The notes beneath the pieces are model-generated. The model was not told where the DNA came from and did no database searches. It saw only the letters and a list, made by a program, of their open reading frames with translations. A program made the position numbers and the translations under genes. A stretch of 64,000 nucleotides of DNA from Terriglobia bacterium (GTDB taxonomy: Bacteria; Acidobacteriota; Terriglobia; JAJPHL01; JAPKYU01), in assembly GCA_965206645.1 (NCBI GenBank), contig CBDBKE010000004.1, forward strand, positions 832,001-896,000, written 5' to 3'. Of this stretch, positions 30,103 to 39,643 are shown in pieces (the first letter of the stretch is position 1; each line of letters begins with the position of its first letter).

Positions 30103-31296
30103 ATGCCTCCCACTGCCAGCCCGCCGTCCGGCACCCAGACCATGACCCTGAACATGGGGCCGCAGCACCCCTCCACCCACGGCGTGTTGCGGCTGATTCT
30201 GGAGCTGGACGGAGAAACCGTGGTACGTTGCACACCCGACATCGGGTACCTGCATACGGGCATCGAAAAGACCGCCGAAGGCAAAACGTACTCGCAAGTC
30301 ATCACCCTGACGGACCGCATTGACTACCTTTGTCCGCTGACCAACAACCTGTGCTACGTCCTGGCGGTGGAGAAGCTGCTGGGACTAGAGGTTCCGGCCC
30401 GCGCGCAGTGGCTTCGGGTGCTGCTGAACGAGCTGACCCGGCTGAACAGCCACCTGGTCTGGCTGGGAACGCATGCTCTGGACATCGGCGCGGCCTCCGT
30501 TTTTCTCTACTGTTTCCGCGAGCGGGAGGAGTTGCTGCGCATCTTCGAAATGGCCTCCGGGCAGCGGATGATGACCAGCTACTTTCGGGTGGGCGGGTTA
30601 GCGCTTCCGCCGCCGCTAGGCTTCTTCGACCGCATCCGCAAGTTCCTCTCCTATTTCCCGGACCGGATGGACGAGTACGAGGCGCTGCTGACGGAGAACC
30701 GCATCTGGATCGGTCGCACCCGCGGGGTTGGCTACATCTCGGCCGAGGACGCGATCGCCCTGGGAGTTACCGGCCCCATCCTGCGCGCCAGCGGCGTGGA
30801 CTGGGACCTTCGCAAGAGCAATCCTTACAGTTCGTACGAGCAGTTCCAGTTCCAGGTGCCGGTGCGGACCGAGGGCGACGTCTATGCCCGCTACCTGGTG
30901 CGGCTGGAGGAGATGCGGGAGAGCACTAAGATTGCGCACCAGGCGCTGGAAGGCTTGCCGGAAGGTCCGGTGATCGCCGACGTCCCGCATGTCGTGTTGC
31001 CGGAACGGGAAAAGATGAAGACGGAGATGGAGGCCCTCATTTATCACTTCAAGATTGTCACCGAGGGCTTCCGCGTCCCTCCCGGGGAGGTTTACCAGGC
31101 GGTCGAGTCGCCGCGGGGCATGATGGTCTACTACGTCGTCAGCGACGGCACCAGCCATCCCTATCGGATGTACGTGCGCGCGCCCTCCTTTGCCAACCTG
31201 CGGGCCTTGCCGAAAATGGTCGAGGGGCGGTTGATCGCTGATGTGGTGGCTTGCATCGCCTCGATTGACATCGTGCTCGGCGAGATTGACCGGTAG
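30103..31296 (+). CDS. nuoD: NADH-quinone oxidoreductase subunit D
   Basis: NMGPQHPSTHGVLR, DIVLGEIDR. Confidence 0.96.
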   Translation: MPPTASPPSGTQTMTLNMGPQHPSTHGVLRLILELDGETVVRCTPDIGYLHTGIEKTAEGKTYSQVITLTDRIDYLCPLTNNLCYVLAVEKLLGLEVPARAQWLRVLLNELTRLNSHLVWLGTHALDIGAASVFLYCFREREELLRIFEMASGQRMMTSYFRVGGLALPPPLGFFDRIRKFLSYFPDRMDEYEALLTENRIWIGRTRGVGYISAEDAIALGVTGPILRASGVDWDLRKSNPYSSYEQFQFQVPVRTEGDVYARYLVRLEEMRESTKIAHQALEGLPEGPVIADVPHVVLPEREKMKTEMEALIYHFKIVTEGFRVPPGEVYQAVESPRGMMVYYVVSDGTSHPYRMYVRAPSFANLRALPKMVEGRLIADVVACIASIDIVLGEIDR

Positions 31297-31436
31297 TGGA
31301 GTCGCGCCCTGAAGGGCGCCGCATTGCAGCGGCCTGCTTTAGCCGGTCGTCTGGAGCCGGCCATCTGGAACCGGCCGTCTAGAACAGATAAGACATGCAT
31401 TCCTCGAGCGGCAACGGCGTTCAGGTAGCAACCCGA

Positions 31437-31928
31437 ATGCGTTTCAGCGATCAACTGGAAGGACAGTTTGAGCGGCTGCTGGCGCGCTATCCGGTACGGC
31501 GCTCAGCTCTGATCCCCATGCTGCTCTGGGCCCAGGATGAGATGGGCTTCCTGAGCCCGGAGGTGAAGACCGAAATCGCCGCCCGCCTGGAGCTGAGTGA
31601 GCTGCAGGTGGAGGAGGTGATCAGCTACTACTCGATGCTGCGCCGCCAGCCGGCCGGCAAGTATCACGTTCAGGTCTGCACCAACATCTCCTGCATGCTG
31701 CGTGGTGCCTACCGTCTCTACGAACACGCGCAGCGGAAGCTGGGTCTCAGGCACAAGCAGACCAGTGCGGATGGGGTGTTCTCCCTGGAAGAAGTGGAAT
31801 GCATCGGTGCCTGCTCCTGGGCGCCTGCGCTGCAGGTGAATTACGACTTTTACCATGAGATGACTCCGGAAAAGTTTGACGAACTGATGGAAAAGCTTCG
31901 GAACAATGGGACACCCGCTAGAAGTTAA
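31437..31928 (+). CDS. nuoE: NADH-quinone oxidoreductase subunit E
   Basis: CTNISC and ECIGAC 2Fe-2S ligands; alternative start at 31395. Confidence 0.93.
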   Translation: MRFSDQLEGQFERLLARYPVRRSALIPMLLWAQDEMGFLSPEVKTEIAARLELSELQVEEVISYYSMLRRQPAGKYHVQVCTNISCMLRGAYRLYEHAQRKLGLRHKQTSADGVFSLEEVECIGACSWAPALQVNYDFYHEMTPEKFDELMEKLRNNGTPARS

Positions 31929-33189
31929 GGTGGTCAGCAAGCGGTTCGAGCTGCCGGATTCGGCCTCGCTCCAGACCTACCTGGCGCACGAGGGCTACCA
32001 GGCCCTGCGCAAGGCTGTCGAGATGACGCCGGAGGCCATTGTGGACGAGGTGAAGAAATCGGCTCTGCGCGGCCGGGGCGGCGCGGGCTTCCCGGCGGGG
32101 ATGAAGTGGGGCTTCGTGCCGCGCCAGTCGCCCAAGCTGAAGTATGTGATTTGCAACGCCGACGAAAGCGAACCGGGCACCTGCAAAGACCGCCTGCTGA
32201 TGGAGTACGACCCGCACGGCATCATTGAAGGGATGCTGATTGCCGGCCTGGCGGTCGCCGCCCAGCAGGGCTACATCTACATTCGCGGCGAGTACCGATA
32301 CTTGATCGAAATCATGGACCGGGCTATTGAGGAGGCTTATGCGGGCGGCTTCCTGGGCCAGAACATCCTGGGCAGCGGGTTCAACTTCGACGTGTCGACC
32401 CACACCGGGGCCGGGGCCTACGAGTGCGGCGAGGAGTCGGCGCTGTTGGAGTCACTGGAAGGCAAGCGTGGCATCCCGCGTATCCGCCCGCCGTTCCCGG
32501 CGGTGGCGGGCCTCTACCAGTGCCCCACAGTGCTCCACAACGTGGAGACGTATGCAGCCGTGCCGCCGATCATGCTGCACGGTGGCGACTGGTTCCACAG
32601 CCTGGGCACGCCCAAGAACGGCGGCACCCGCCTGTTCGCGCTCAGCGGTCACGTGAACAGCCCGGGCGTCTACGAGCTACCCCTGGGCATGCCGCTGCGC
32701 ACCATGATCTACGAAGTCGGGGGCGGTATTCCCGGCGGCAAGCGGCTGAAGGCGGTGATTCCCGGCGGCTCCTCCACCCCGATCCTCGTGGAAGAGCACC
32801 TGGACACGCCCATGGACTTCGACTCGCTGGCCAAGCTCGGCTCCTTTCTGGGCTCGGGCGGCGTGGTGGTGATGGACGAGGACACCTGCATGGTGCAGGT
32901 GGCGTTGCGCATCATGAAGTTCTATGCCCACGAGTCCTGCGGCTGGTGCATCCCCTGCCGCGAAGGGACCACCTGGCTGCACAAGATGCTGGCGCGCCTC
33001 CATCGCGGCGAGGGCGTCTCGAGCGACGTTGATCTGGTCAGCGAGCTGGCCCACAACATCCTGGGCCGCACCTTCTGCCCGCTGGGCGACGCCGCTGCCA
33101 TGCCGACCATCAGCATCGTGAAGCACTTTCGCCACGAATTTGAGGACCACTTGAACGGCGGACCCTGCCGGTTCGAAGGGAAACACTGA
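31906..33189 (+). CDS. nuoF: NADH-quinone oxidoreductase subunit F
   Basis: RGRGGAGF, NADESEPG, ESCGWCIPCREG. Confidence 0.96.
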   Translation: MGHPLEVKVVSKRFELPDSASLQTYLAHEGYQALRKAVEMTPEAIVDEVKKSALRGRGGAGFPAGMKWGFVPRQSPKLKYVICNADESEPGTCKDRLLMEYDPHGIIEGMLIAGLAVAAQQGYIYIRGEYRYLIEIMDRAIEEAYAGGFLGQNILGSGFNFDVSTHTGAGAYECGEESALLESLEGKRGIPRIRPPFPAVAGLYQCPTVLHNVETYAAVPPIMLHGGDWFHSLGTPKNGGTRLFALSGHVNSPGVYELPLGMPLRTMIYEVGGGIPGGKRLKAVIPGGSSTPILVEEHLDTPMDFDSLAKLGSFLGSGGVVVMDEDTCMVQVALRIMKFYAHESCGWCIPCREGTTWLHKMLARLHRGEGVSSDVDLVSELAHNILGRTFCPLGDAAAMPTISIVKHFRHEFEDHLNGGPCRFEGKH

Positions 33190-33193
33190 ACCC

Positions 33194-35425
33194 ATGCCAG
33201 ACCTGGTGACCTTGACGATTGACGGCCGGCAGGTTCAGGCGCCTGCGGGGACCCTCCTGATTGAAGCTGCCAAACGTGAGGGCATCGAGGTCCCTTCGTT
33301 TTGTTACTACCCCGGGCTGTCACTGCAAGCCGCCTGCCGCATGTGCATGGTGGAAATCGAAAAGACGCCCAAGCTGCAGACCGCCTGTACCGTGCCGGTA
33401 GGGGAGGGCATGGTGGTGCGCACCAACACCGAGAAGGTGAAGCTGGCGCGCAAATCCACCCTGGAGTTCCTGCTCACCAACCATCCGCTGGACTGCCCTG
33501 TGTGTGACAAGGGCGGTGAGTGCGAATTGCAGGACATGGTCTTCCGCTACGGCGCCGGTGGCAGCCGCTTCCGTGAGGAGAAGCTGCACGTCAATGAGCA
33601 GCAATGGTCGCCCGTGGTCTACTTCGACGCCCCGCGCTGCATCCTGTGCTTCCGCTGCGTGCGGGTGTGCGACGAGGGAATGGACGTGAGCGCGTTGGGA
33701 GTGGTGAACCGCGGCGCCCATTCCGAGATTGCTCCCAACCGGGGAAATCACCTGGAGTGCGAAGAGTGTGGCGCCTGCATCGACATCTGCCCCGTGGGCG
33801 CCCTGACCAGCGGTGCCTACCGCCACAAGGCGCGCCCCTGGGAAATCCGTTACGTCCCGACAATCTGCACTCACTGTGGAGACGGCTGCAAGACGACGCT
33901 CAGCGTGCGCAATAACAAAATCCTGCGCGCCAACAACCGCGACCACAGCGGGATTAATGGCGAGTTCCTGTGCATCAAGGGGCGCTACGCCTACGACTTC
34001 CTCGACCACCCCGGACGGCTCACCGAGCCCCTCCTGCGCAAGGAGGGCCAACTGGCGCCGGTCTCCTGGGCGGAAGCGCTGGCCGCCGTGGGCCGTCGAT
34101 TCCAGGAACTTCGAAACCAAGGCCAGGCGTTTGCCGTAGTGGGCTCCAGCCACAGCAGCAATGAAGCTAGCTATTGCCTGCAGAAGTTCGCCCGGCTGGC
34201 GCTGGGCACCAACAACATTGACCACCGCCGCAGTGCCGACTACCCGGCGCTGATGGACGCGCTCAGCGGAAGGTCGAACGGGCCCCGACCGCTGGCCACC
34301 TCCGCCGACCTGCTCACCGCACCGGCCGTCCTGCTGATCGGTAACAACCCTACCGACCAGCACCCGCTGCTCGCCTGGAATATCCGAACCAACGTGCGTC
34401 TCAATCGCGGGCGGCTGTTCGTCATCAGCCGGCAGAGAATCAAACTGGAGCGGCAGGCGGCGGCCGGGGGCGGCTTCCAGTTGATCCGGCGGGGCGAAGA
34501 AGGCACAGCGCTGGAGTTTCTCGGTGGTCGGGACGAGGCGCTGCCCTCCGGCGCGGACCGCGAGTTGTGGAGTAGCTTCCGCGAGCAGCTCCGCAGGGAG
34601 AGGGACCTGGTGGTGGTCTTCGGCTCGGAGGTGAAAGGCCCGGACGTCGCCCGCTTGGTTCGCTTCGGGGACACGTTGAAAGGGAGCACGCGCTACATCG
34701 CCCTAGCCGACTACAACAACTCGCGCGGCGCCGCCGACATGGGACTGTTCCCCGACCTGCTGCCGGGCTACGTGCCCGTGGCCGACACGGCCGGCCGGAG
34801 GCGCTTGGAGGAGCGCTGGAAAGGTCTGGTGCCGGATGCGCCGGGGCTGGCGCTGGATGAAATGATGGCCGCAGCTCAGCGCGGCGAAGTGGGCGCGCTC
34901 TACGTCGTCGGAGCCAATCCCCTCAAGCGCTATGCCCTGGAGGCAGGCCGAACGTTCTTTGTGGTCCAGGACCTGTTCCTGACGGAAACTGCCGAGCGGG
35001 CCGACGTGGTGCTGCCGGCCTCCAGCGCCTACGAGATTCCCGGCACGGTCACCAATACCTGCGGCGAGGTGCAACGCCTGAACAAGGCGCTCACCGTCAA
35101 CGGCCCCAAGCCGGACCTGGAAATCCTTGGCCTGATCGCCAAGGAAATGGGCGTGGATCTGGGATCCATCCAGAACGAAGAGGTTTTCGAAGAAATCCGT
35201 CAACTGGTGAAGGGCTACGACCTGCCGATGGCCACCTTGCTAACCGGCGGCGCCGTTCCTGCCCTGCCCCTGGACGGACGGGTGCCCCACCGTGCCCGGC
35301 CCGAGCTGATTTATTCGGCCAACGACACCCTGTTTACTTCGGGAACCCTCGGCAGGTACAGTAACACCCTCAATTCTGTGGTGGAGAAAGACCTGCACAA
35401 GAATCCGCCGGGCTTGGGCGAATAG
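33194..35425 (+). CDS. nuoG: NADH-quinone oxidoreductase subunit G
   Basis: CRMCMVE, HPLDCPVCDKGGECELQ, CILCFRC, CTHCGDGC. Confidence 0.95.
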   Translation: MPDLVTLTIDGRQVQAPAGTLLIEAAKREGIEVPSFCYYPGLSLQAACRMCMVEIEKTPKLQTACTVPVGEGMVVRTNTEKVKLARKSTLEFLLTNHPLDCPVCDKGGECELQDMVFRYGAGGSRFREEKLHVNEQQWSPVVYFDAPRCILCFRCVRVCDEGMDVSALGVVNRGAHSEIAPNRGNHLECEECGACIDICPVGALTSGAYRHKARPWEIRYVPTICTHCGDGCKTTLSVRNNKILRANNRDHSGINGEFLCIKGRYAYDFLDHPGRLTEPLLRKEGQLAPVSWAEALAAVGRRFQELRNQGQAFAVVGSSHSSNEASYCLQKFARLALGTNNIDHRRSADYPALMDALSGRSNGPRPLATSADLLTAPAVLLIGNNPTDQHPLLAWNIRTNVRLNRGRLFVISRQRIKLERQAAAGGGFQLIRRGEEGTALEFLGGRDEALPSGADRELWSSFREQLRRERDLVVVFGSEVKGPDVARLVRFGDTLKGSTRYIALADYNNSRGAADMGLFPDLLPGYVPVADTAGRRRLEERWKGLVPDAPGLALDEMMAAAQRGEVGALYVVGANPLKRYALEAGRTFFVVQDLFLTETAERADVVLPASSAYEIPGTVTNTCGEVQRLNKALTVNGPKPDLEILGLIAKEMGVDLGSIQNEEVFEEIRQLVKGYDLPMATLLTGGAVPALPLDGRVPHRARPELIYSANDTLFTSGTLGRYSNTLNSVVEKDLHKNPPGLGE

Positions 35426-35538
35426 TGCCGTTGCAGGCGGATTTCCTGATGCAAAGCCGGCGGACTTGCGGAGTCGGTCGGCGGCCGGTGAAACCCGGCG
35501 CAAAGCATAACTGACCGGCACAAGGCATAACTCAGAGG

Positions 35539-36792
35539 ATGAGCCGCTCGTTTCTCATCGTCACGCTACTGAAAATCTCGGTGGTGCTGTTTGTCCTGCT
35601 GACGTTACTGGCCTACGTGGTTTGGGTCGAGCGCAAGGTTGCCGCGCACATCCAGTCGCGCTGGGGCCCCTATCGCGTCGGTCCCCACGGACTGTTGCAG
35701 CCGTTGGCCGACGTGTTGAAATTCATCTTCAAGGAGGACACGACGCCGGCTCAGGCGGACCGCCCGCTTTACTTCCTGGCGCCCTTCCTGGCGGTCGCGC
35801 TGGCGCTGATGTCCATTGCCGTCATCCCCTTCGGCCCTCAGGTGGAGATCGCCGGCCATCAGGTCTGGATGCAGGTTACCGACCTGAACATCGGGCTGCT
35901 GTTTGTGCTGGCGGTCACCTCGTTGGGCGTCTACGGCGTGGCCCTGGCCGGCTGGTCCTCCGGGAGCAAGTACTCGCTGCTGGGCGGTCTGCGCAGCTCG
36001 GCTCAAATGATCAGCTACGAGCTGGCCATGAGCTTTGCCGTCATCGGCGTAGTGATTCTCTCCGGAACGCTGAGCCTGCGGGGCATCGTTGATGGCCAGT
36101 CAGGCTTTTGGCTGGGCTTCATCCCCAAGTGGAATATCTGGCCGCAAGTTATTGCTTTCTTTGTGTTTCTGACCGCGGCCTTCGCCGAAACCAACCGTCT
36201 GCCATTCGACCTGGCGGAAGCGGAAACCGAGCTGGTGGCCGGCTTTCACACCGAGTACAGCAGCCTGAAATTCGCCATGTTTTTTACCGCCGAATACGCC
36301 CACATGGTGACGGCCTCGGCGGTGACTACCATCCTGTTCTTCGGCGGCTGGCTGCGGCCTCTGCCCTGGGATGGGCTGCGCTACGTGCCTCTGGTCGTGC
36401 TGCTGGGGGTCGCGGGCGCCATCCTGTGGACGGTGCGGCGTAGTTACCAGCGAAAGACCGTGGAGCGCGAGCTGCGCAAGACAAAAGCCGCCATCCTGTC
36501 CAGCGAGTCCGTCAGCAGCCAATCCCTGGGGTTGCTGGTGGTCGCGGCGCTGGGCCTGGTGCTGACGGGGATCGGGCTGGGCTTTCTCAATGACTGGTTT
36601 GCGCGCGCGGCCGAACCGCTGTTCTGGTTTTCCTCTAAAGTGCTGGTCTTCCTTTTCTTTTTTATATGGGTGCGGTGGAGCATCCCGCGCTTCCGCTATG
36701 ACCAGTTAATGACCATTGGCTGGAAATTGCTGCTGCCGGTGGCGGCGGTCAATATTCTGATTACCGGGCTCATCGTGGCGCTGCAGGCCTGA
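35539..36792 (+). CDS. nuoH: NADH-quinone oxidoreductase subunit H (with C-proximal insertion)
   Basis: ERKV, GLLQPLAD, ETNRLPFDL, RFRYDQL. Confidence 0.95.
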   Translation: MSRSFLIVTLLKISVVLFVLLTLLAYVVWVERKVAAHIQSRWGPYRVGPHGLLQPLADVLKFIFKEDTTPAQADRPLYFLAPFLAVALALMSIAVIPFGPQVEIAGHQVWMQVTDLNIGLLFVLAVTSLGVYGVALAGWSSGSKYSLLGGLRSSAQMISYELAMSFAVIGVVILSGTLSLRGIVDGQSGFWLGFIPKWNIWPQVIAFFVFLTAAFAETNRLPFDLAEAETELVAGFHTEYSSLKFAMFFTAEYAHMVTASAVTTILFFGGWLRPLPWDGLRYVPLVVLLGVAGAILWTVRRSYQRKTVERELRKTKAAILSSESVSSQSLGLLVVAALGLVLTGIGLGFLNDWFARAAEPLFWFSSKVLVFLFFFIWVRWSIPRFRYDQLMTIGWKLLLPVAAVNILITGLIVALQA

Positions 36793-36811
36793 TTTCGCAC
36801 GGAAGCGCTCA

Positions 36812-37309
36812 ATGGAAAAACTGCTGTTTCTGACATTCGCGGGCATCGCCATAGGGGCGGCTCTGAACCTGCTGCTTTCGCGCCGCCCCATCTATAGCGC
36901 CCTGTCGCTGATCGGCGTCATGGGCGCTCTGGCTGTGCTCTACCTGCTGCTGGGCGCTGAGTTCATCGCCGCGGTGCAGGTGATTGTGTACGCCGGCGCC
37001 ATTATGGTGCTGTTCGTGTTCGTGATCATGCTGCTGAACGCTGGCGAGGAGGTGCGAACGAACCGGTCGTTGCTGGCGCGGTTCTTGGGGCTGCCGCTGG
37101 TCCTGCTGGTCCTGCTGTTCCTGGTCCAGTTCGCGCGCATGCTGCACCGGGAGTTCCCGCAGACGGTGAGCTTCGGCACCTTCGTCGGAGGCACAAAAGA
37201 CATCGGCAGGCTGCTGTTTGACAAGTACCTGCTGGCGTTCGAGGTCACCTCGGTGCTCATCCTGGTGGCGATCATGGGAGCGGTAGTGCTGGCCCAGAGG
37301 AGACGATAG
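36812..37309 (+). CDS. nuoJ: NADH-quinone oxidoreductase subunit J
   Basis: [20 protein letters not shown]. Confidence 0.95.
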   Translation: MEKLLFLTFAGIAIGAALNLLLSRRPIYSALSLIGVMGALAVLYLLLGAEFIAAVQVIVYAGAIMVLFVFVIMLLNAGEEVRTNRSLLARFLGLPLVLLVLLFLVQFARMLHREFPQTVSFGTFVGGTKDIGRLLFDKYLLAFEVTSVLILVAIMGAVVLAQRRR

Positions 37310-37320
37310 AGGAAACGCTG

Positions 37321-37623
37321 ATGGTGCCCATCTCCTGGTATCTGCTGCTGAGCGCCGTGTTGTTCGCGCTGGGGGTGGCGGGATTCCTGTTCAAGCGCAA
37401 CATCATCACCATTTTCATGTCCATTGAGCTGATGCTGAACGCGGTAAACCTCAGCTTCGTGGCCTTTTCCTACGTGCTGGAGGAGCTCAGCGGCCAGGTC
37501 TTTGTGTTCTTCGTCATGGTGGTGGCCGCCGCCGAGGCTGCGGTCGGTCTGGCGATCATCATCACCGTGTTCCGTAACCGCGACTCGCTGAATGTAGACG
37601 ATCTGGAGATGATGAAGTTCTGA
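37321..37623 (+). CDS. nuoK: NADH-quinone oxidoreductase subunit K
   Basis: [21 protein letters not shown]. Confidence 0.95.
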   Translation: MVPISWYLLLSAVLFALGVAGFLFKRNIITIFMSIELMLNAVNLSFVAFSYVLEELSGQVFVFFVMVVAAAEAAVGLAIIITVFRNRDSLNVDDLEMMKF

Positions 37624-37695
37624 CGGGGTGGCGGCGTTCATGCCGCCGCCTGGCAGGCTAGGGCTTGCCGTTACACGGAAGAGGCAACAAAGAGT

Positions 37696-39642
37696 TTGCC
37701 CGGTTCTTACCACCTCTGGCTGATCCCGCTGCTGCCCCTGCTAGGTGCGGTTGTAAACGGCCTGCTCGGCCGCAGCCGTTCCCGCCGCTTCGTCAGCACG
37801 GTCGGCGTCGGCAGCGCCGCCCTCTCCTGTGCCTGGGCCTTCCTCACCTTTTTCCGCTGGTACGAGTCGAACCCGACGCCCTACCTGGAACGGCTCACGA
37901 CCTGGATTGTGGCCGGCGCGTTCCGGGTGGACTTTTCCCTCTACCTGGACCAGCTTTCCGCGGTGATGATGCTGATGGTGACCGGCGTGGGCTTGCTCAT
38001 CCACATCTACTCGGTGGGCTACATGGCCCACGAAGAGGGCTACTACCGCTTCTTCTCCTACCTGAACCTGTTCATGTTCTTTATGCTCACGCTGATTCTG
38101 GCCAGCAATTACCTGCTGATGTTTGTCGGCTGGGAGGGCGTGGGTCTGTGCTCCTACCTTTTGATCGGCTTTTTCTTCATTCGAAAATCTGCGGCCGACG
38201 CCGGCAAGAAGGCGTTCCTCGTCAACCGGGTGGGCGACTTCGGCTTCATCCTGGCGCTCATTACCATGTTCTGGCTGCTGGGCAGCCTGGATTTTGACTG
38301 GGTTTTTCGGCAAGCCGCCCAGATGCCAGTGGAATCGGTGGGCGAGCCTGGGATGCTCACCGTGATTTGCCTGCTGCTGTTGGTGGGAGCCACCGGCAAG
38401 TCGGCGCAGCTTCCGCTCTACGTCTGGCTGCCGGACGCCATGGAGGGCCCTACGCCGGTCAGTGCGCTGATACACGCCGCCACCATGGTGACCGCCGGCG
38501 TGTATATGGTCGCGCGCTCCCACGTGCTGTTCACGCACGCGCCGCTGGCTTTATTTGCCGTCGCCCTCATCGGCTGCCTGACCGCGCTCTTTGCCGCAAC
38601 CATCGGACTGGTGCAGACCGATATCAAGCGCGTGCTGGCCTACTCCACCATCAGCCAGCTTGGCTACATGTTCCTGGCCTGCGGCGTGGCCGCCTTCGGC
38701 GCCGGCATCTTCCACCTGATCACCCACGCTTTCTTCAAAGCTCTGCTATTTCTGGGCGCCGGCAGCGTCATTCACGCAGTTGGGGGCGAGCAGGACCTCC
38801 GTCGCATGGGGGGACTCAAGCGCTTTGTGCCTTACACCTACTGGAGCTTCCTGGCCGCCGCGTTGGCCATCTCCGGATTCCCGCTGACGGCTGGCTTCTT
38901 CAGCAAAGACGAAATTCTGTGGAAGACCACCCCGGCGGCTTCTGCATACGGGCACTGGGCTCTCTGGCTGCTGGGTACGGTGACCGCTGGAATGACCGCA
39001 TTCTATGTCTTCCGCCTCTTTTTCCTGGCGTTCCACGGAGAGGCGCGCAGTGAGGCCGCGCACCACCCTCACGAGTCGCCGCCGGCGATGACCGTGCCGC
39101 TGATGATCCTGGGAGTGCTTGCGGTGATCGGTGGCTGGATCGGCTGGCCGCACGCGCTGGGTGGGCATAACCGCTTCGAAGCATTTCTGGAGCCGGTCTT
39201 CCGCACTTCGGCCGGCGCGATTCCGGCGGCTCCGGCGGGCGAGCATCTCGGGCTGGAACGGATGCTGACGGTGGTGGCGATCCTGGTCGGGCTCTCCGGC
39301 ATCGGCCTAGCCTACCTGCTTTACGTGCGGCGGCCGGCGCTGGCACAGCGGGCCGCCGATGCCGCCGGCAGGCTCTACAGCCTAGTGCTGAACAAGTATT
39401 ACGTAGATGAAGTCTACCAGGCTGCCATCGTGCGGCCCCTCGTCGTGGGCTCGACCCGGTTCCTGTGGCGGGTCATGGATGTAGCTGTGATCGACGGGGC
39501 GGTGAATGGCGCGGCCAGCAGTACTCGCGCCCTGGGGGCTTCGGTGCGGCGTGTGCAGTCAGGCAACATCCGCAGCTACGCCGGCTGGGTTGTGATCGGC
39601 GTGCTGGCCGCTATCAGCTTTATGAGCTTGTGGGCGAGATAG
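37696..39642 (+). CDS. nuoL: NADH-quinone oxidoreductase subunit L
   Basis: GWEGVGLCSYLLI, GKSAQLPLYVWLPDAMEGPTPVSALIH. Confidence 0.95.
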   Translation: MPGSYHLWLIPLLPLLGAVVNGLLGRSRSRRFVSTVGVGSAALSCAWAFLTFFRWYESNPTPYLERLTTWIVAGAFRVDFSLYLDQLSAVMMLMVTGVGLLIHIYSVGYMAHEEGYYRFFSYLNLFMFFMLTLILASNYLLMFVGWEGVGLCSYLLIGFFFIRKSAADAGKKAFLVNRVGDFGFILALITMFWLLGSLDFDWVFRQAAQMPVESVGEPGMLTVICLLLLVGATGKSAQLPLYVWLPDAMEGPTPVSALIHAATMVTAGVYMVARSHVLFTHAPLALFAVALIGCLTALFAATIGLVQTDIKRVLAYSTISQLGYMFLACGVAAFGAGIFHLITHAFFKALLFLGAGSVIHAVGGEQDLRRMGGLKRFVPYTYWSFLAAALAISGFPLTAGFFSKDEILWKTTPAASAYGHWALWLLGTVTAGMTAFYVFRLFFLAFHGEARSEAAHHPHESPPAMTVPLMILGVLAVIGGWIGWPHALGGHNRFEAFLEPVFRTSAGAIPAAPAGEHLGLERMLTVVAILVGLSGIGLAYLLYVRRPALAQRAADAAGRLYSLVLNKYYVDEVYQAAIVRPLVVGSTRFLWRVMDVAVIDGAVNGAASSTRALGASVRRVQSGNIRSYAGWVVIGVLAAISFMSLWAR

Positions 39643-39643
39643 G

